From a virus (lineage: Duplodnaviria; Caudoviricetes): a stretch of DNA of 64,000 bases. Shown here piece by piece: positions 35,417 to 44,461 of this stretch. Where the stretch lies: IMG/VR virus record IMGVR_UViG_3300049144_000052, positions 12,594-76,593 of that record; one strand, 5' to 3'. The translations under genes and the position numbers were made by a program. Numbering within the stretch: the first letter of the stretch is position 1; every line of letters starts with the position of its first letter. The notes under the pieces were generated by a model. The model was not told where the DNA came from and searched no databases. It worked only from the letters and a program-made list of their open reading frames with translations.

Positions 35417-36447
35417 CGCTGAATGAGTCGGTGGCTCTTGCGTCGCATTCCCAGGAGGCCGCCCCCGCCATCTACGACGCGGCAACGCTCGCCGTCCTGG
35501 CCGCCATGGAAGAGGCCGCCGAGAAGCACCTCAACGCCATCCGCCCCCACAACACCAAGCGCAGCTACGCCAACGACTGGGCATTGTGGGAGGAGTTCCA
35601 CGACTGGCTGGGAGAGCGTACCGGGCACCGCATCGCCTCGACCAACGTCACCAAGGGCACGCTCGTCGGGTTCGTCGTCTGGCTCGACACCATCAAACTC
35701 GCCGCGCCCAACAGCATCGACCGGCGCATCACCGGCGTCACCGTCACTGCTCGCAACGAGCACGGTGTCGAAGTCCCCAAGGCTGCCACTGTTGCAGCCC
35801 GGCAGGCGCTCAAGCCGCTGAAGAACGACCCCGAACGCATGGCGCGCGGACGCGGCAAGGCCGCCGCCGTCACACCCGAGCAGCTCCGCCAGATGAACGA
35901 CGCCGTAGCCGACGGGCTCACCGGACTCCGCGACCGCGCCCTCTGGCTCATGGCCTTCGCCATCGCCGGACGCTCCGCCGAAGTCGCCGCACTCCGCGCC
36001 GAGGCGATCGTCCACGTCAGCCAAGGCCTCGAAGTCCACGTCCCCGCCGTCAAAGGCCGACCGCCCCGGGACGTCGTCGTCCACTACGGCAAGAACCCCG
36101 ACACCTGCCCCGTCCGCGCCTGGCTCACCTGGCGCGCCGCCGCAGGCATCACCGGCGGGCCTGCCTTCCTGCCTATCACCGTCCACGGCCGCCTCGGCGA
36201 CCGCGCCCTCTCCCCGGAAGCCGTCCGCGAGATCATCGTCCGCAACGCCGAACGCGCCGGGCTGTCGGTGCGGCTCACCGGACACAGCATGCGAGCCGGG
36301 TTCATCACCACCTCTCGACGCGCAGGCAAGCGAGAGGAGAAGATCCGCGAACAGTCCGGCCACGCCGAGAACAGCCCCGCCTTCTGGGGATACATTCGCG
36401 AGGCTGACAAGTGGACTGACGCGGCCAGCGAGGACATCGGACTATGA
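35413..36447 (+). CDS. second tyrosine recombinase (Cre/Xer-like)
   Basis: LRDRAL..AGRSAEV (R), TGHSMRAGF (HxxR), SGH..YIR (H/Y); no arm-binding domain. Confidence 0.9.
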   Translation: MTLNESVALASHSQEAAPAIYDAATLAVLAAMEEAAEKHLNAIRPHNTKRSYANDWALWEEFHDWLGERTGHRIASTNVTKGTLVGFVVWLDTIKLAAPNSIDRRITGVTVTARNEHGVEVPKAATVAARQALKPLKNDPERMARGRGKAAAVTPEQLRQMNDAVADGLTGLRDRALWLMAFAIAGRSAEVAALRAEAIVHVSQGLEVHVPAVKGRPPRDVVVHYGKNPDTCPVRAWLTWRAAAGITGGPAFLPITVHGRLGDRALSPEAVREIIVRNAERAGLSVRLTGHSMRAGFITTSRRAGKREEKIREQSGHAENSPAFWGYIREADKWTDAASEDIGL

Positions 36448-36456
36448 GGAGGAACC

Positions 36457-36675
36457 GTGCGGGTCATCATCGACGGCGACCTGGTGCTAGATCTGCCATC
36501 CCCGCCCCGCGTGGGGGAGATCATTGCTTGGGGCCCGCAGGTTCGACGCGTGCAGGACGTCGTGTGGTGGCTCCCGAAGACGGGTCGGGATGGCGGCGCA
36601 CCGACAGCTGAAGACATCTCGGTCCACGTGCAGCTAGAGCAGGAGCGCACGGAGGCAGCGGAAGACGGACGCTGA
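36457..36675 (+). CDS. hypothetical protein
   Basis: GAGGAGG RBS. Confidence 0.55.
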   Translation: MRVIIDGDLVLDLPSPPRVGEIIAWGPQVRRVQDVVWWLPKTGRDGGAPTAEDISVHVQLEQERTEAAEDGR

Positions 36676-36704
36676 CCGGCCGCCCCGTGCCACACTGGCC
36701 GCAG

Positions 36705-36740
36705 GCCCCGCCGGGCCCCCCGTCTCGGCGGGGCTTCTGC
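36705..36740 (+). terminator. intrinsic terminator
   Basis: GCCCCGCCG..CGGCGGGGC-TTCTGC. Confidence 0.6.
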
Positions 36741-36757
36741 TTGGGGTGGAGGGTTGC

Positions 36758-37126
36758 ATGGCTGACGAGTTGCGGGAGTTGCTGAAGGCTCGGCGCGAGG
36801 AACTGGGCTTGTCGTACCACTCGCTTGCCGCGGCCTGCACCAGGGCCGGGTCGGGCGTCTCGGTATCGACGGGCTGGCTGCACCGGTTGGAGACGGGGGC
36901 TCCGGTCGTTGCGCCGAGCGCTGAGCTTTTGACGGCCTTGGCGGCCGGCCTGCGGCTGGAGACGGAGCGTCTTCGGGAGGCCGCTGCCGCACAGTTCTTC
37001 GGTCTCCGCTTGCCGTGGACAGCGTCGGGGGAGGCGGCTGAGCTGCTGGAGCAGGTCGCGGTCTTGCCGGAGGATCAGCGGCGAGCACTGCTCGATCTGA
37101 TTCAGGTGATGGCGAAGAACCGGTGA
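36758..37126 (+). CDS. XRE-family HTH regulator
   Basis: LKARREELGLSYHSLA..VSTGWLHRLETG..LAAGL. Confidence 0.8.
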   Translation: MADELRELLKARREELGLSYHSLAAACTRAGSGVSVSTGWLHRLETGAPVVAPSAELLTALAAGLRLETERLREAAAAQFFGLRLPWTASGEAAELLEQVAVLPEDQRRALLDLIQVMAKNR

Positions 37127-37203
37127 CGGGACGCCTGCTCTGGCATAGCTGGCGCACAGCCTTGCGGCCCGCTCTCCGCCGGTGAGAGCGGGCCGCGCGT
37201 GCG

Positions 37204-37389
37204 TCACGCCTTCGCTTCGGGCAGCTGCCCGGGCCTGACGGGCGCTATCTCGACGCCGCTGCACCCATTGCCTTCGAGCGTCTCCTTCTGCCGTTCGGCG
37301 GACGGCTTGTCGTAGGCGACGGCGGAGGCGCGCGGGGTGCCGTCGGGGCCGGTCCAGGTGAGTCCGTAGTTCTGCATGGTGATCGTCAT
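37204..37389 (-). CDS. small hypothetical protein (MTITMQNYGLTW..)
   Basis: ORF with high-GC codon usage. Confidence 0.5.
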   Translation of the reverse strand: MTITMQNYGLTWTGPDGTPRASAVAYDKPSAERQKETLEGNGCSGVEIAPVRPGQLPEAKA

Positions 37390-37644
37390 GCGCTCATCAT
37401 GGCTGGCGGCACTGACATCGCCGGATGAACTACTTCTAGCCGGGATCTTCCCGGGTGGCTGGTTAGTGGCGCATGCTGTGCGTCCGGGCGCTTCCCCTTC
37501 CCCCAGGTGGAGCCCCTGTTGGGCCCTGCCGTTCGCTTCGGGTGGCAGGGCCCGCCGCCCCTCCCGGTCCTCCCCACGGGAGGGCTTGCGGCTGCCCAAG
37601 GCGCGACTGCCCGCCCCTTACGTGATGGGGCGGGCAGTCCTGGT

Positions 37645-37938
37645 TCAGCCGCCCTGGCGTTCCTGCGCCTTCTCTATCCAGAGGTCGCGGACGCTGGTGG
37701 TGAGGGTGCCTTCGGTCTGTTCGTAGTGGGAGAGGGCGACGCCGAGGCCGAAGAAGGTGGGGGCCCATTCGCCGACGAAGATGCCCCAGCGGTCGGCGCG
37801 GGCGAGGTCGGCGTGGCCGCCGGGTTCGGTCTTGAGGCTGGTGGCCCAGGTGAAGACGGACAGGCCGATTGAGGCCATGGCTGCGGTGTAGGCGTGTTCG
37901 CTGCGGATGCCCATGTCGTGCAGTCTCTTGATGATCAT
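37645..37938 (-). CDS. small actinobacterial membrane protein
   Basis: Two TM segments; ADRWGIFVGEWAPTFFGLG motif. Confidence 0.7.
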   Translation of the reverse strand: MIIKRLHDMGIRSEHAYTAAMASIGLSVFTWATSLKTEPGGHADLARADRWGIFVGEWAPTFFGLGVALSHYEQTEGTLTTSVRDLWIEKAQERQGG

Positions 37939-38077
37939 GGCGGCTCCGTTCCGTGTGGGGCTTCACAGGCCGGAGTGCCCACACCAGCCAGTCCGTATTC
38001 GCACCTTTCGCCGGATATGCCGTTTCCTGTGTCGGCTCGTAGGCTGATCCTGCTCGGGGCTCACGCGGAGGTCAGCC

Positions 38078-38965
38078 ATGCCCCGAACCATTTGGAGCGG
38101 CGCCATCTCGTTCGGCCTGGTCACGGTGCCTATCCATGTCCAGAGCGCGACCGAAAACCACTCGATCCAGTTCCACCAGTACCACCTGGAAGACATGGGC
38201 CGGGTGCGGGTGAAGAAGGTGTGCGAGGTCGAGGACCGCGAGGTCTCCCAGTCCGAGATCGGCAAAGGCTACGAGTACGCCAAAGGCCAAGTCGTGCCGA
38301 TCTCCGACGCCGAACTGCGGGAGCTGCCACTGCCGACGGCGAAGGCCATCGAGATCGAAGCGTTCGTGCCGCTCGACAGCATCGACCCGATCCAGATCGG
38401 CGAGGGCTACTACCTGGCGCCGGACGGGCAGGTCGCGGCGAAACCCTACAAGCTGCTCGTGCAGGCGTTGGGCCGGTCGTCGAAGGTAGCCGTCGCCAAG
38501 TACGCCTGGTCCGGCCGCGAACGCCTCGGCCTGCTACGAGTGCGAGACGACGTGATCGTGCTGCACGCCATGCGCTGGCCCGACGAAATCCGTGACCCGT
38601 CCTCGCTGCTCCCGCCGCCGACCGAAGTCTCCGAGGACGAGATCGAAAGGGCGGTCACCCTCATGGAGTCGATGACCCGCGACGACCTCGACGGCCCGGA
38701 GTTCGAGGACGCCTACACCGACGCCATCGCGAAAATCATCGAAGCAAAGCGGGAAGACAAGCCCCTTCCGGAGACGCCGGAGCCTGAGAAGCCGGCACAA
38801 GTCCTCGACCTCATGGCCGCCCTCACGGAGTCCGTGGAGAAGGCCAAGGCATCCCGCGGCGAGGACGCCGACGTGCGCGATCTGCCGAAGAAGACCGCGG
38901 CCAAGAAGACGGCGAAGAAGCAGCCGGCCAAGAAGACGGCCAGCCGGAAGTCCCGGAGCGCCTAG
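38078..38965 (+). CDS. ku: Ku DNA end-binding (NHEJ) protein
   Basis: MPRTIWSGAISFGLVTVPI, IGKGYE, IEIEAFVP, V.DLMAAL.ESV; Lys-rich tail. Confidence 0.95.
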   Translation: MPRTIWSGAISFGLVTVPIHVQSATENHSIQFHQYHLEDMGRVRVKKVCEVEDREVSQSEIGKGYEYAKGQVVPISDAELRELPLPTAKAIEIEAFVPLDSIDPIQIGEGYYLAPDGQVAAKPYKLLVQALGRSSKVAVAKYAWSGRERLGLLRVRDDVIVLHAMRWPDEIRDPSSLLPPPTEVSEDEIERAVTLMESMTRDDLDGPEFEDAYTDAIAKIIEAKREDKPLPETPEPEKPAQVLDLMAALTESVEKAKASRGEDADVRDLPKKTAAKKTAKKQPAKKTASRKSRSA

Positions 38966-39297
38966 CCGTCGAGGTACCCGAGCTCCGAGTCGGGCCGGCA
39001 GTGGCTGCACGCGGCGACCCCTTCGGCGAGTGCCCGGAGCGCTGCCTCCCGCGTCACTCCTTTCGGCCGGGGCCCGGCCATGTGGCAGCCGCCGGCGTGG
39101 ACGGCGAGGGGGTGTCGTCCGCCGAGGCTGAGTTGCAGCGTCCAGTCGGGTTCGGGTGGCCTGGCCTGGATGCCGCGCTGGTGTTCTTGCTCGCGCCGTT
39201 CGGCGTCTGCGATCTGCTGCCGGACCCTGTCGAGGCTGAGCTGTAGCCACGTCTCCAGGGTGCGGAGGCGGGGCAGATCCGGCGGCAGGTCGTTCAC
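38962..39297 (-). CDS. DUF6233-like protein
   Basis: VHAGGCH..AL.EGVAACSHCRPDSELG. Confidence 0.7.
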   Translation of the reverse strand: MNDLPPDLPRLRTLETWLQLSLDRVRQQIADAERREQEHQRGIQARPPEPDWTLQLSLGGRHPLAVHAGGCHMAGPRPKGVTREAALRALAEGVAACSHCRPDSELGYLDG

Positions 39298-39352
39298 GTG
39301 TTCGATTCTAGGGGGTAGGCTGCCCACCGCATCCCGAGGGTGAGGAGGACCG

Positions 39353-39610
39353 ATGAGGCTGCTGCAGCTGCTCGAGCAGCACGGCATCGACCTGTCCGCC
39401 CTCGATCAGGCGCCTGCCAACCCGACCCGCCACGACTCGGGCGCCCGGATCCGCCGGCTCCCGCCGTGGCCGTGCGTGCTGTGCGGGGCGATGAGCCCCA
39501 CCGCCTGGGTAGTCGACGCGCCCGGGCTGGGCCCGCGGTGGGTGGGGCTGTGCAGCACGCATGCTGTGGAGGCGGGCCAGTCAGGGCTGCCATGGAACAG
39601 ACAGAGATAG
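39353..39610 (+). CDS. hypothetical Cys-containing protein
   Basis: GAGGAGG RBS; CVLC..LC..H. Confidence 0.5.
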   Translation: MRLLQLLEQHGIDLSALDQAPANPTRHDSGARIRRLPPWPCVLCGAMSPTAWVVDAPGLGPRWVGLCSTHAVEAGQSGLPWNRQR

Positions 39611-39617
39611 GAGCGAC

Positions 39618-39815
39618 GTGAACCCCGAACGCTTCCACCTCACCCTCTCGTCGGCTGGCCGCACCGTGATGCAGGGTTGGTGGGGGAACGAGGCCGTGGC
39701 GCGCCGCCAGTTCACGACGTGGATCGGGGAGCGCGGATCGATGCCGGACGCCCGGGTCGTCCTCGTCGACGAGGAGACCGGCGCCGTGTTGACGAGCTGG
39801 CCGGACGAGCCGTAG
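39618..39815 (+). CDS. small hypothetical protein (MNPERFHLTL..)
   Basis: AGGAG RBS. Confidence 0.6.
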   Translation: MNPERFHLTLSSAGRTVMQGWWGNEAVARRQFTTWIGERGSMPDARVVLVDEETGAVLTSWPDEP

Positions 39816-39835
39816 CCGTCTGCCATCCTGGCGGC

Positions 39836-39964
39836 ATGAGCGACGAGACGGAGACGGTCCAGCAGCAGGACGATGACGAGTTCGACGACGTCTACGGCGA
39901 GGCCCCGCCCGCCGACGAGCACAGCCTGGTGTCACGCCCCAGCGTTGTCGGTGGCGGGTCGTAG
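39836..39964 (+). CDS. small acidic peptide
   Basis: Short ORF MSDETETVQQQDDDEF.. Confidence 0.35.
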   Translation: MSDETETVQQQDDDEFDDVYGEAPPADEHSLVSRPSVVGGGS

Positions 39965-40057
39965 GCTGATCGCATCAATCAGCCCATGCTGGCTGCGTGT
40001 GCTGACCCCGCCCCGGCCGTGATGCAGCCGGGGCGGGCTGCTATCCGGGAGGGAATC

Positions 40058-40267
40058 GTGGACGAGCTGGACGTGGAGTCACTGCGGGAGCGCCTCAGCG
40101 AGCTGGATTCGCTGCGCTCGCGCGTGAAGGAGCTGGAAGACGCAGTCCTGTACCTGTCGAACACGCTCGCCATGCACGGGCTCATCGACTCGACCGAAGC
40201 TGGAGTGGCACGGCGTATGTACGACTCGGCCCAGCAGGCGGAGCGGGAGGCGGGCCGCCGCCGCTAA
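40058..40267 (+). CDS. small coiled-coil protein
   Basis: GGAGGG RBS. Confidence 0.55.
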   Translation: MDELDVESLRERLSELDSLRSRVKELEDAVLYLSNTLAMHGLIDSTEAGVARRMYDSAQQAEREAGRRR

Positions 40268-40470
40268 GCCGTCTCCTCCGCCGGATGCCGCACGGCCTTC
40301 TTGAGCCCCATCTCGGCCGTGTATCGGTCGATGCCCGCGTCGGCCGCGAACGCGGTGAGCCGCTCCTGTACGGCGGCGGCCGTGGCGACGGTGAGGCGTC
40401 CGGCCTGGATCTCCTCCCAGGCGGCACGTTCCAGCGCGATCAGATCCTCGGGGAAGTCGATGGTGGCCAC
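40264..40470 (-). CDS. small hypothetical protein (MATIDFPEDLIALE..)
   Basis: Clean ORF, high-GC codon usage. Confidence 0.6.
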   Translation of the reverse strand: MATIDFPEDLIALERAAWEEIQAGRLTVATAAAVQERLTAFAADAGIDRYTAEMGLKKAVRHPAEETA

Positions 40471-40479
40471 CGCAGGATC

Positions 40480-40674
40480 TTAAGCTGCTTCGACGATGCT
40501 TTCGCGCAGGCGTTCGGCCGCGTCGGCGACCATCCACTCCGCCACCAGCTGCTCGTACCGCTGGCGTGACGGCCCGTACAGCCAGCCGCCGCACGCCAGG
40601 ACCAGCGCGCGGATCTCCTCATTCACCACAGCAGCAGGCCGTACCGGGCCGGGCGGTGGGGGAGTGGGGATCAT
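40480..40674 (-). CDS. small hypothetical protein
   Basis: RPAAVVNEEIRALV..RYEQLVAEW. Confidence 0.55.
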   Translation of the reverse strand: MIPTPPPPGPVRPAAVVNEEIRALVLACGGWLYGPSRQRYEQLVAEWMVADAAERLRESIVEAA

Positions 40675-40707
40675 GCCGCCGATTCTAGAGCGCGGGTCTG
40701 ACAGTGG

Positions 40708-40971
40708 TCAGCCCTCGGCGGGCGGCTGGCCGACGTAGGTGCCGCGCCCCTGCACGGTCCACACGACGCCTTCTTCGGCGAGTGCGGCGATCGCGCGCCG
40801 GACTGTGGACCGGGCCAGCCCGTACTCCTGCACCAGCCGCGTCTCCGAGGCGATCGGCCGGCCTTCGGCCCAGTCGCCGCGCGCGATCCGAGCTTTCAGG
40901 ATCTCGGCGAGCTGCCGATAAGGGGTTACAGGGCCCTCGTGGTCGATCTCAGCATCAGGATCAGTCGCCAT
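40708..40971 (-). CDS. GntR-family winged-HTH regulator (HTH only)
   Basis: YRQLAEILKARIARGDW..RPIASETRLVQEYGLARSTVRRA..QGRGTYV. Confidence 0.9.
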   Translation of the reverse strand: MATDPDAEIDHEGPVTPYRQLAEILKARIARGDWAEGRPIASETRLVQEYGLARSTVRRAIAALAEEGVVWTVQGRGTYVGQPPAEG

Positions 40972-41015
40972 GATCCGAAGCTAGGCAGGGCGGTACAGGT
41001 CAGCACCTCGGGCTA

Positions 41016-41027
41016 CGTATCGATACG
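41016..41027. promoter_or_regulatory. perfect palindrome CGTATCGATACG, candidate operator
   Basis: In the divergent gap upstream of the GntR gene; partial copy GTCGATAC at 41039. Confidence 0.4.
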
Positions 41028-41104
41028 GCGCGAGACAGGTCGATACAAGCACGACTAGCCTGCAATTACATGGACCCCCGCGGCCGAGGGCACGGCCCGG
41101 GGGC

Positions 41105-41359
41105 GTGGCCGACGAACGGAGCGTCGACGTGACCGAGCCTACGGAACCCGGGCGCACGCCTGAAAGGCGGCAGTTAGTCGCTGCAGGTAGCCGCCTCAGC
41201 CCAGTGCAGGAAGCGTGGAGTAGGTATGTCGGCCACGCCTTGGACCAGTGCCCAGACTGCCGCAGCGCGCGCGGCGCGGCCTGCGATGAGGCCGAGGCCC
41301 TGTATCGCGCCTACCAGGAGGCGGGCCAGCAGGCGTACCGGCGACTACTGGACAGCTAA
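41105..41359 (+). CDS. hypothetical protein
   Basis: H..QCPDC..C motif. Confidence 0.5.
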   Translation: MADERSVDVTEPTEPGRTPERRQLVAAGSRLSPVQEAWSRYVGHALDQCPDCRSARGAACDEAEALYRAYQEAGQQAYRRLLDS

Positions 41360-41595
41360 TCGGGGTGACCGGTCGGTTCAGATCAGGCCATCCCGTTGCG
41401 CGCCTGCGGCCCCTCCCGGCCAGTGACCTGGGGCAATGCAGAAACGGTTGGCCAACGCCTCCACCTGCAGTAACGGAAACATACGGGGCATGAACAGAAG
41501 GTTGCAAAAATGCAGGTGGAAACCTTCACTCCGGGCCGAAACTCGGCTTTACTCGTGACCCGGGCGCCCCCCAACGCCCGGCCTGAAAGCGCTCA

Positions 41596-42225
41596 CTACT
41601 GCCCACGCGTGGGCGCAAGACGAACCAACCAACGATCCATCGGCAAAATCAGATCAGCAGTCTCCAGGGGGCGACCTAAATGGTCGAGGCGAGTACGCAC
41701 CACACGGAACGCGACAGCGTCCACCAGCAGCCCAAGCGCATGCGCGTGCTCCTCGGCCAGCGACACCACACCCAGCTCAGCCGTATAGGAAGCATGCGGC
41801 TGACGAGCGCCACGCCACCACGACGAGACGAGCATCGCCGACCTGCCACCCGGGTCCAGGCACTCCACCGTCTCGTGCCGCAGCATCGCGCCCACGTGGA
41901 CGCCAAGCCTCTCCGCCAGCTCCACCGTGGCGGCACGCGGGCGGGTGTCGGTGGTCTCGCTGGAAAAGGGCCACTCAGCGTCCGGAAGCGTGAGAGTGCG
42001 CATAGCAGGAGGATGCGCCACATACACAGCCCGGCGCTCCTCACCCTCCAAGACGCCGGCCCGCCGCAGCAGAACGTAGGCGAGGCGAACTGTTTGTGGG
42101 TGTACGCCGAGTTCGGCAGCTAGCTCGGCTCTCGAAGGCAGGTCTTGGCCTGGCCGCCACTCCCCGGCGGCGATACGGCGCTGGATGTCAGCAGCGATAC
42201 GCCTATGGCGCGCACCCTCTGGCAT
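41596..42225 (-). CDS. GntR-family regulator with degenerate UTRA-like domain
   Basis: RHRRIAADIQRRIAAGEWRPGQDLPSRAELAAELGV. Confidence 0.85.
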   Translation of the reverse strand: MPEGARHRRIAADIQRRIAAGEWRPGQDLPSRAELAAELGVHPQTVRLAYVLLRRAGVLEGEERRAVYVAHPPAMRTLTLPDAEWPFSSETTDTRPRAATVELAERLGVHVGAMLRHETVECLDPGGRSAMLVSSWWRGARQPHASYTAELGVVSLAEEHAHALGLLVDAVAFRVVRTRLDHLGRPLETADLILPMDRWLVRLAPTRGQ

Positions 42226-42461
42226 CGGAACCCCTGCCGACGATCATGACGTGGAGTCCGACGCTATGAGGCGGTTGAGGCTCTGGATATATCCAGCCTG
42301 TGGCCTGGCATGCGCCACAGATCGCCGAGTAGTGTCCACAATCGAACACACGTTCACCCAATCGCGTGAACCGCTGCCGGCCAGAGCATCCCGGCCCAAA
42401 CGCCGGGAACCAGAACGACACCCCCACCCACCCGTCGGCCACCAAACCCAGGAGAGCGGGC

Positions 42462-42698
42462 ATGAACCTCCAGCAGATCCTCGACCTCTACGAGTGGGAG
42501 GAAGGGATCTGCTTCCGGCATCCCTGCAAGGGTGAGGTGCTTACGGCTCACATCAAGACGATCCGACCGCCCGCTGGGGGCATCCAAGACATCCGCGCCT
42601 GCCAGGGCTGCGTATTGGATATGGAGGCTCAACGAGCCGGGGCGGCCGAGCGGCGTGGGCAGACCTATGCGCCAGGGAGTCTTCAGCGGGATGAGTAA
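42462..42698 (+). CDS. hypothetical Cys/His protein
   Basis: GGAGAG RBS; CFRH..C..C. Confidence 0.55.
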   Translation: MNLQQILDLYEWEEGICFRHPCKGEVLTAHIKTIRPPAGGIQDIRACQGCVLDMEAQRAGAAERRGQTYAPGSLQRDE

Positions 42699-42743
42699 GG
42701 GCTGGTGGAGGGCGCGTAGAGCTTCTCCTCGTGGGGAGCGTCG

Positions 42744-43140
42744 GGGGAGAATGGCGCCGCTGGGGGGTGGTCGGGGAGATCCAAGATGAACGGATGCGGT
42801 GAGCAATGCTCGACTATGCATTGCTAAGCACGGCAAAGACTGGCAGTTCAGAAGGCATTTGAGGGTTGCCGCTGGAATTGACGCAGGATCGCGCTGAATG
42901 AGCAGCCATACGGAGAACATCTGGCTCAGAACCAAGCGGTACAACGCCTCCGGCAAGGTCGTCTCCGGCACCGGTGGCGTCTGCTACCTGTACTTTCCCG
43001 CCCGTCTTTCCCCAGGTCAACGACTCGCACTGGCCTCCGTAGGGATCCGCTGACCGTACAAGAGGGAGCCCTCCCGGCAGGGGGGAGGGCTCCCTCCAAA
43101 GCATGATCTGCTCTGGCCGGGGAGAATCTGGGGAGATCCA
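42744..43140. mobile_element. attP region with integrase arm-type repeats
   Basis: GGGGAGAAT at 42744 and 43119; GGGGAGATCCA at 42773 and 43130; adjacent to the integrase 3' end. Confidence 0.7.
43062..43096. terminator. 14-bp hairpin, likely integrase terminator
   Basis: GAGGGAGCCCTCCC..GGGAGGGCTCCCTC. Confidence 0.75.
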
Positions 43141-44439
43141 CTACGGAGTAGTCTCGAACCAGTTCTGCATCGCGGTCCGGCCCCGGCCATCCGCCTCGGG
43201 CATCATGTGCGCGTAGATCCGGAGAGTGATCGACGGATCCGCGTGGCCCAGCCACTTCGAGACTGCCACGATCGGCTCACGCGCGTCCAGCTGCACGCTC
43301 GCGAACGTGTGCCTGAGTGCATGGAAGCCGTTCTCCCGGCTTTCCTCGTAGGTGAGGACCCTGCGGAAAGTCCCCGGGCGGTGCAGTATCGGCTGCTTCG
43401 TCTCCACGGGCTCCGGGATGACGCCGGCGCCGGCCAGCGCTGGCTTCCACACATGATGATCGAAGCCGTCCCGGCGGATGGCCCCGCCGCGGGCCGCGGT
43501 GAGAACCAACGCGTGCGTCTGCGGAGCCCGTTCGTCCCTCTCTCGCTCTGTTTTCGCCGGACGCGGATCCTTCCAGGGCAGTGTCACAGGACGCGCAGGA
43601 CGACGCTCCAGCGATTCGGCAATCCGCTTCAGCAGATAATCCGGCACCGGCACCTCCCGCGTCTTCTCGCCCTTGGGCAGCGCGAACGCCAGCTTCGCCC
43701 CGACCTTCTTCACCTGCCGCCGGACCAGAATCCGCCCGCCCCCGAAGTCGATGTCGTCCTCCGACAGACCGAAAACCTCACCCGAGCGCAGCCCGGCCCC
43801 CACGCCCAAGTCGACACAGAGCCGGAACCGCTCGTCCATCGCGGCCTGGACGGCGAGGACACGCTCCTTGGGCCACGCCCGCGGCTTGGCCGGCGGCCGG
43901 GTAGGTACGCGGAGGGTGGTCTGCTTGCGGCACGGGTTCCGGGTCAGGCGCTCATCGTCGATGGCCGACTGGAAGATCGCGGACAGGTAGCGCCACGACT
44001 CGTTGGCGGTACCGGGCCCGGCAGTCTCCTTGAGCGTCTTCAGCCACTCGCCGAGCTGCTTCGTCTTGATGGAGTTGAGCTGGTAGTTCCCGAGGTGCGC
44101 GACGATGTGCGTCCACACCCGGCCGCGAACCGTGGCCTCGGTGGAAGGGTTGTCGTAGTCCCTTCGGGGCCACCACTCCAACTCGATGTAGTCCTTCAGG
44201 AGCATCTGGCCGCGGCGGGGGTCGATGAACTCGCCGGCGGTGGACTCGTGCTGAGCTTTGGCCAGCCAGGCGTTAGCCCCCTCCGGCCCGTGCAGCTTCT
44301 CGAAAGACCGGTCCTTGACTCCTGGGATGCCAGCGACTCGGTATCTCTTCCCCTTGCCCCAGCGCTCCGTCTTGCGCTTCTGGCCGGTCGAGGGGTCCGG
44401 CTTCTTCGTCATCCACCGGTCTTCGATGTAACCGGGCAT
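43141..44439 (-). CDS. int: tyrosine integrase
   Basis: GLRSGEVFGL, FHALRHTFAS, LGHADPSITLRIYAH; N-terminal arm-binding region. Confidence 0.95.
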   Translation of the reverse strand: MPGYIEDRWMTKKPDPSTGQKRKTERWGKGKRYRVAGIPGVKDRSFEKLHGPEGANAWLAKAQHESTAGEFIDPRRGQMLLKDYIELEWWPRRDYDNPSTEATVRGRVWTHIVAHLGNYQLNSIKTKQLGEWLKTLKETAGPGTANESWRYLSAIFQSAIDDERLTRNPCRKQTTLRVPTRPPAKPRAWPKERVLAVQAAMDERFRLCVDLGVGAGLRSGEVFGLSEDDIDFGGGRILVRRQVKKVGAKLAFALPKGEKTREVPVPDYLLKRIAESLERRPARPVTLPWKDPRPAKTERERDERAPQTHALVLTAARGGAIRRDGFDHHVWKPALAGAGVIPEPVETKQPILHRPGTFRRVLTYEESRENGFHALRHTFASVQLDAREPIVAVSKWLGHADPSITLRIYAHMMPEADGRGRTAMQNWFETTP

Positions 44440-44461
44440 ATGGCCCCCTCGTGCTTACCCC

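Noticed and set aside
42784-43060. tRNA/tmRNA-derived attachment core
   Set aside because: No T-loop (GTTCRA) or tRNA-like 3' end found on either strand by eye
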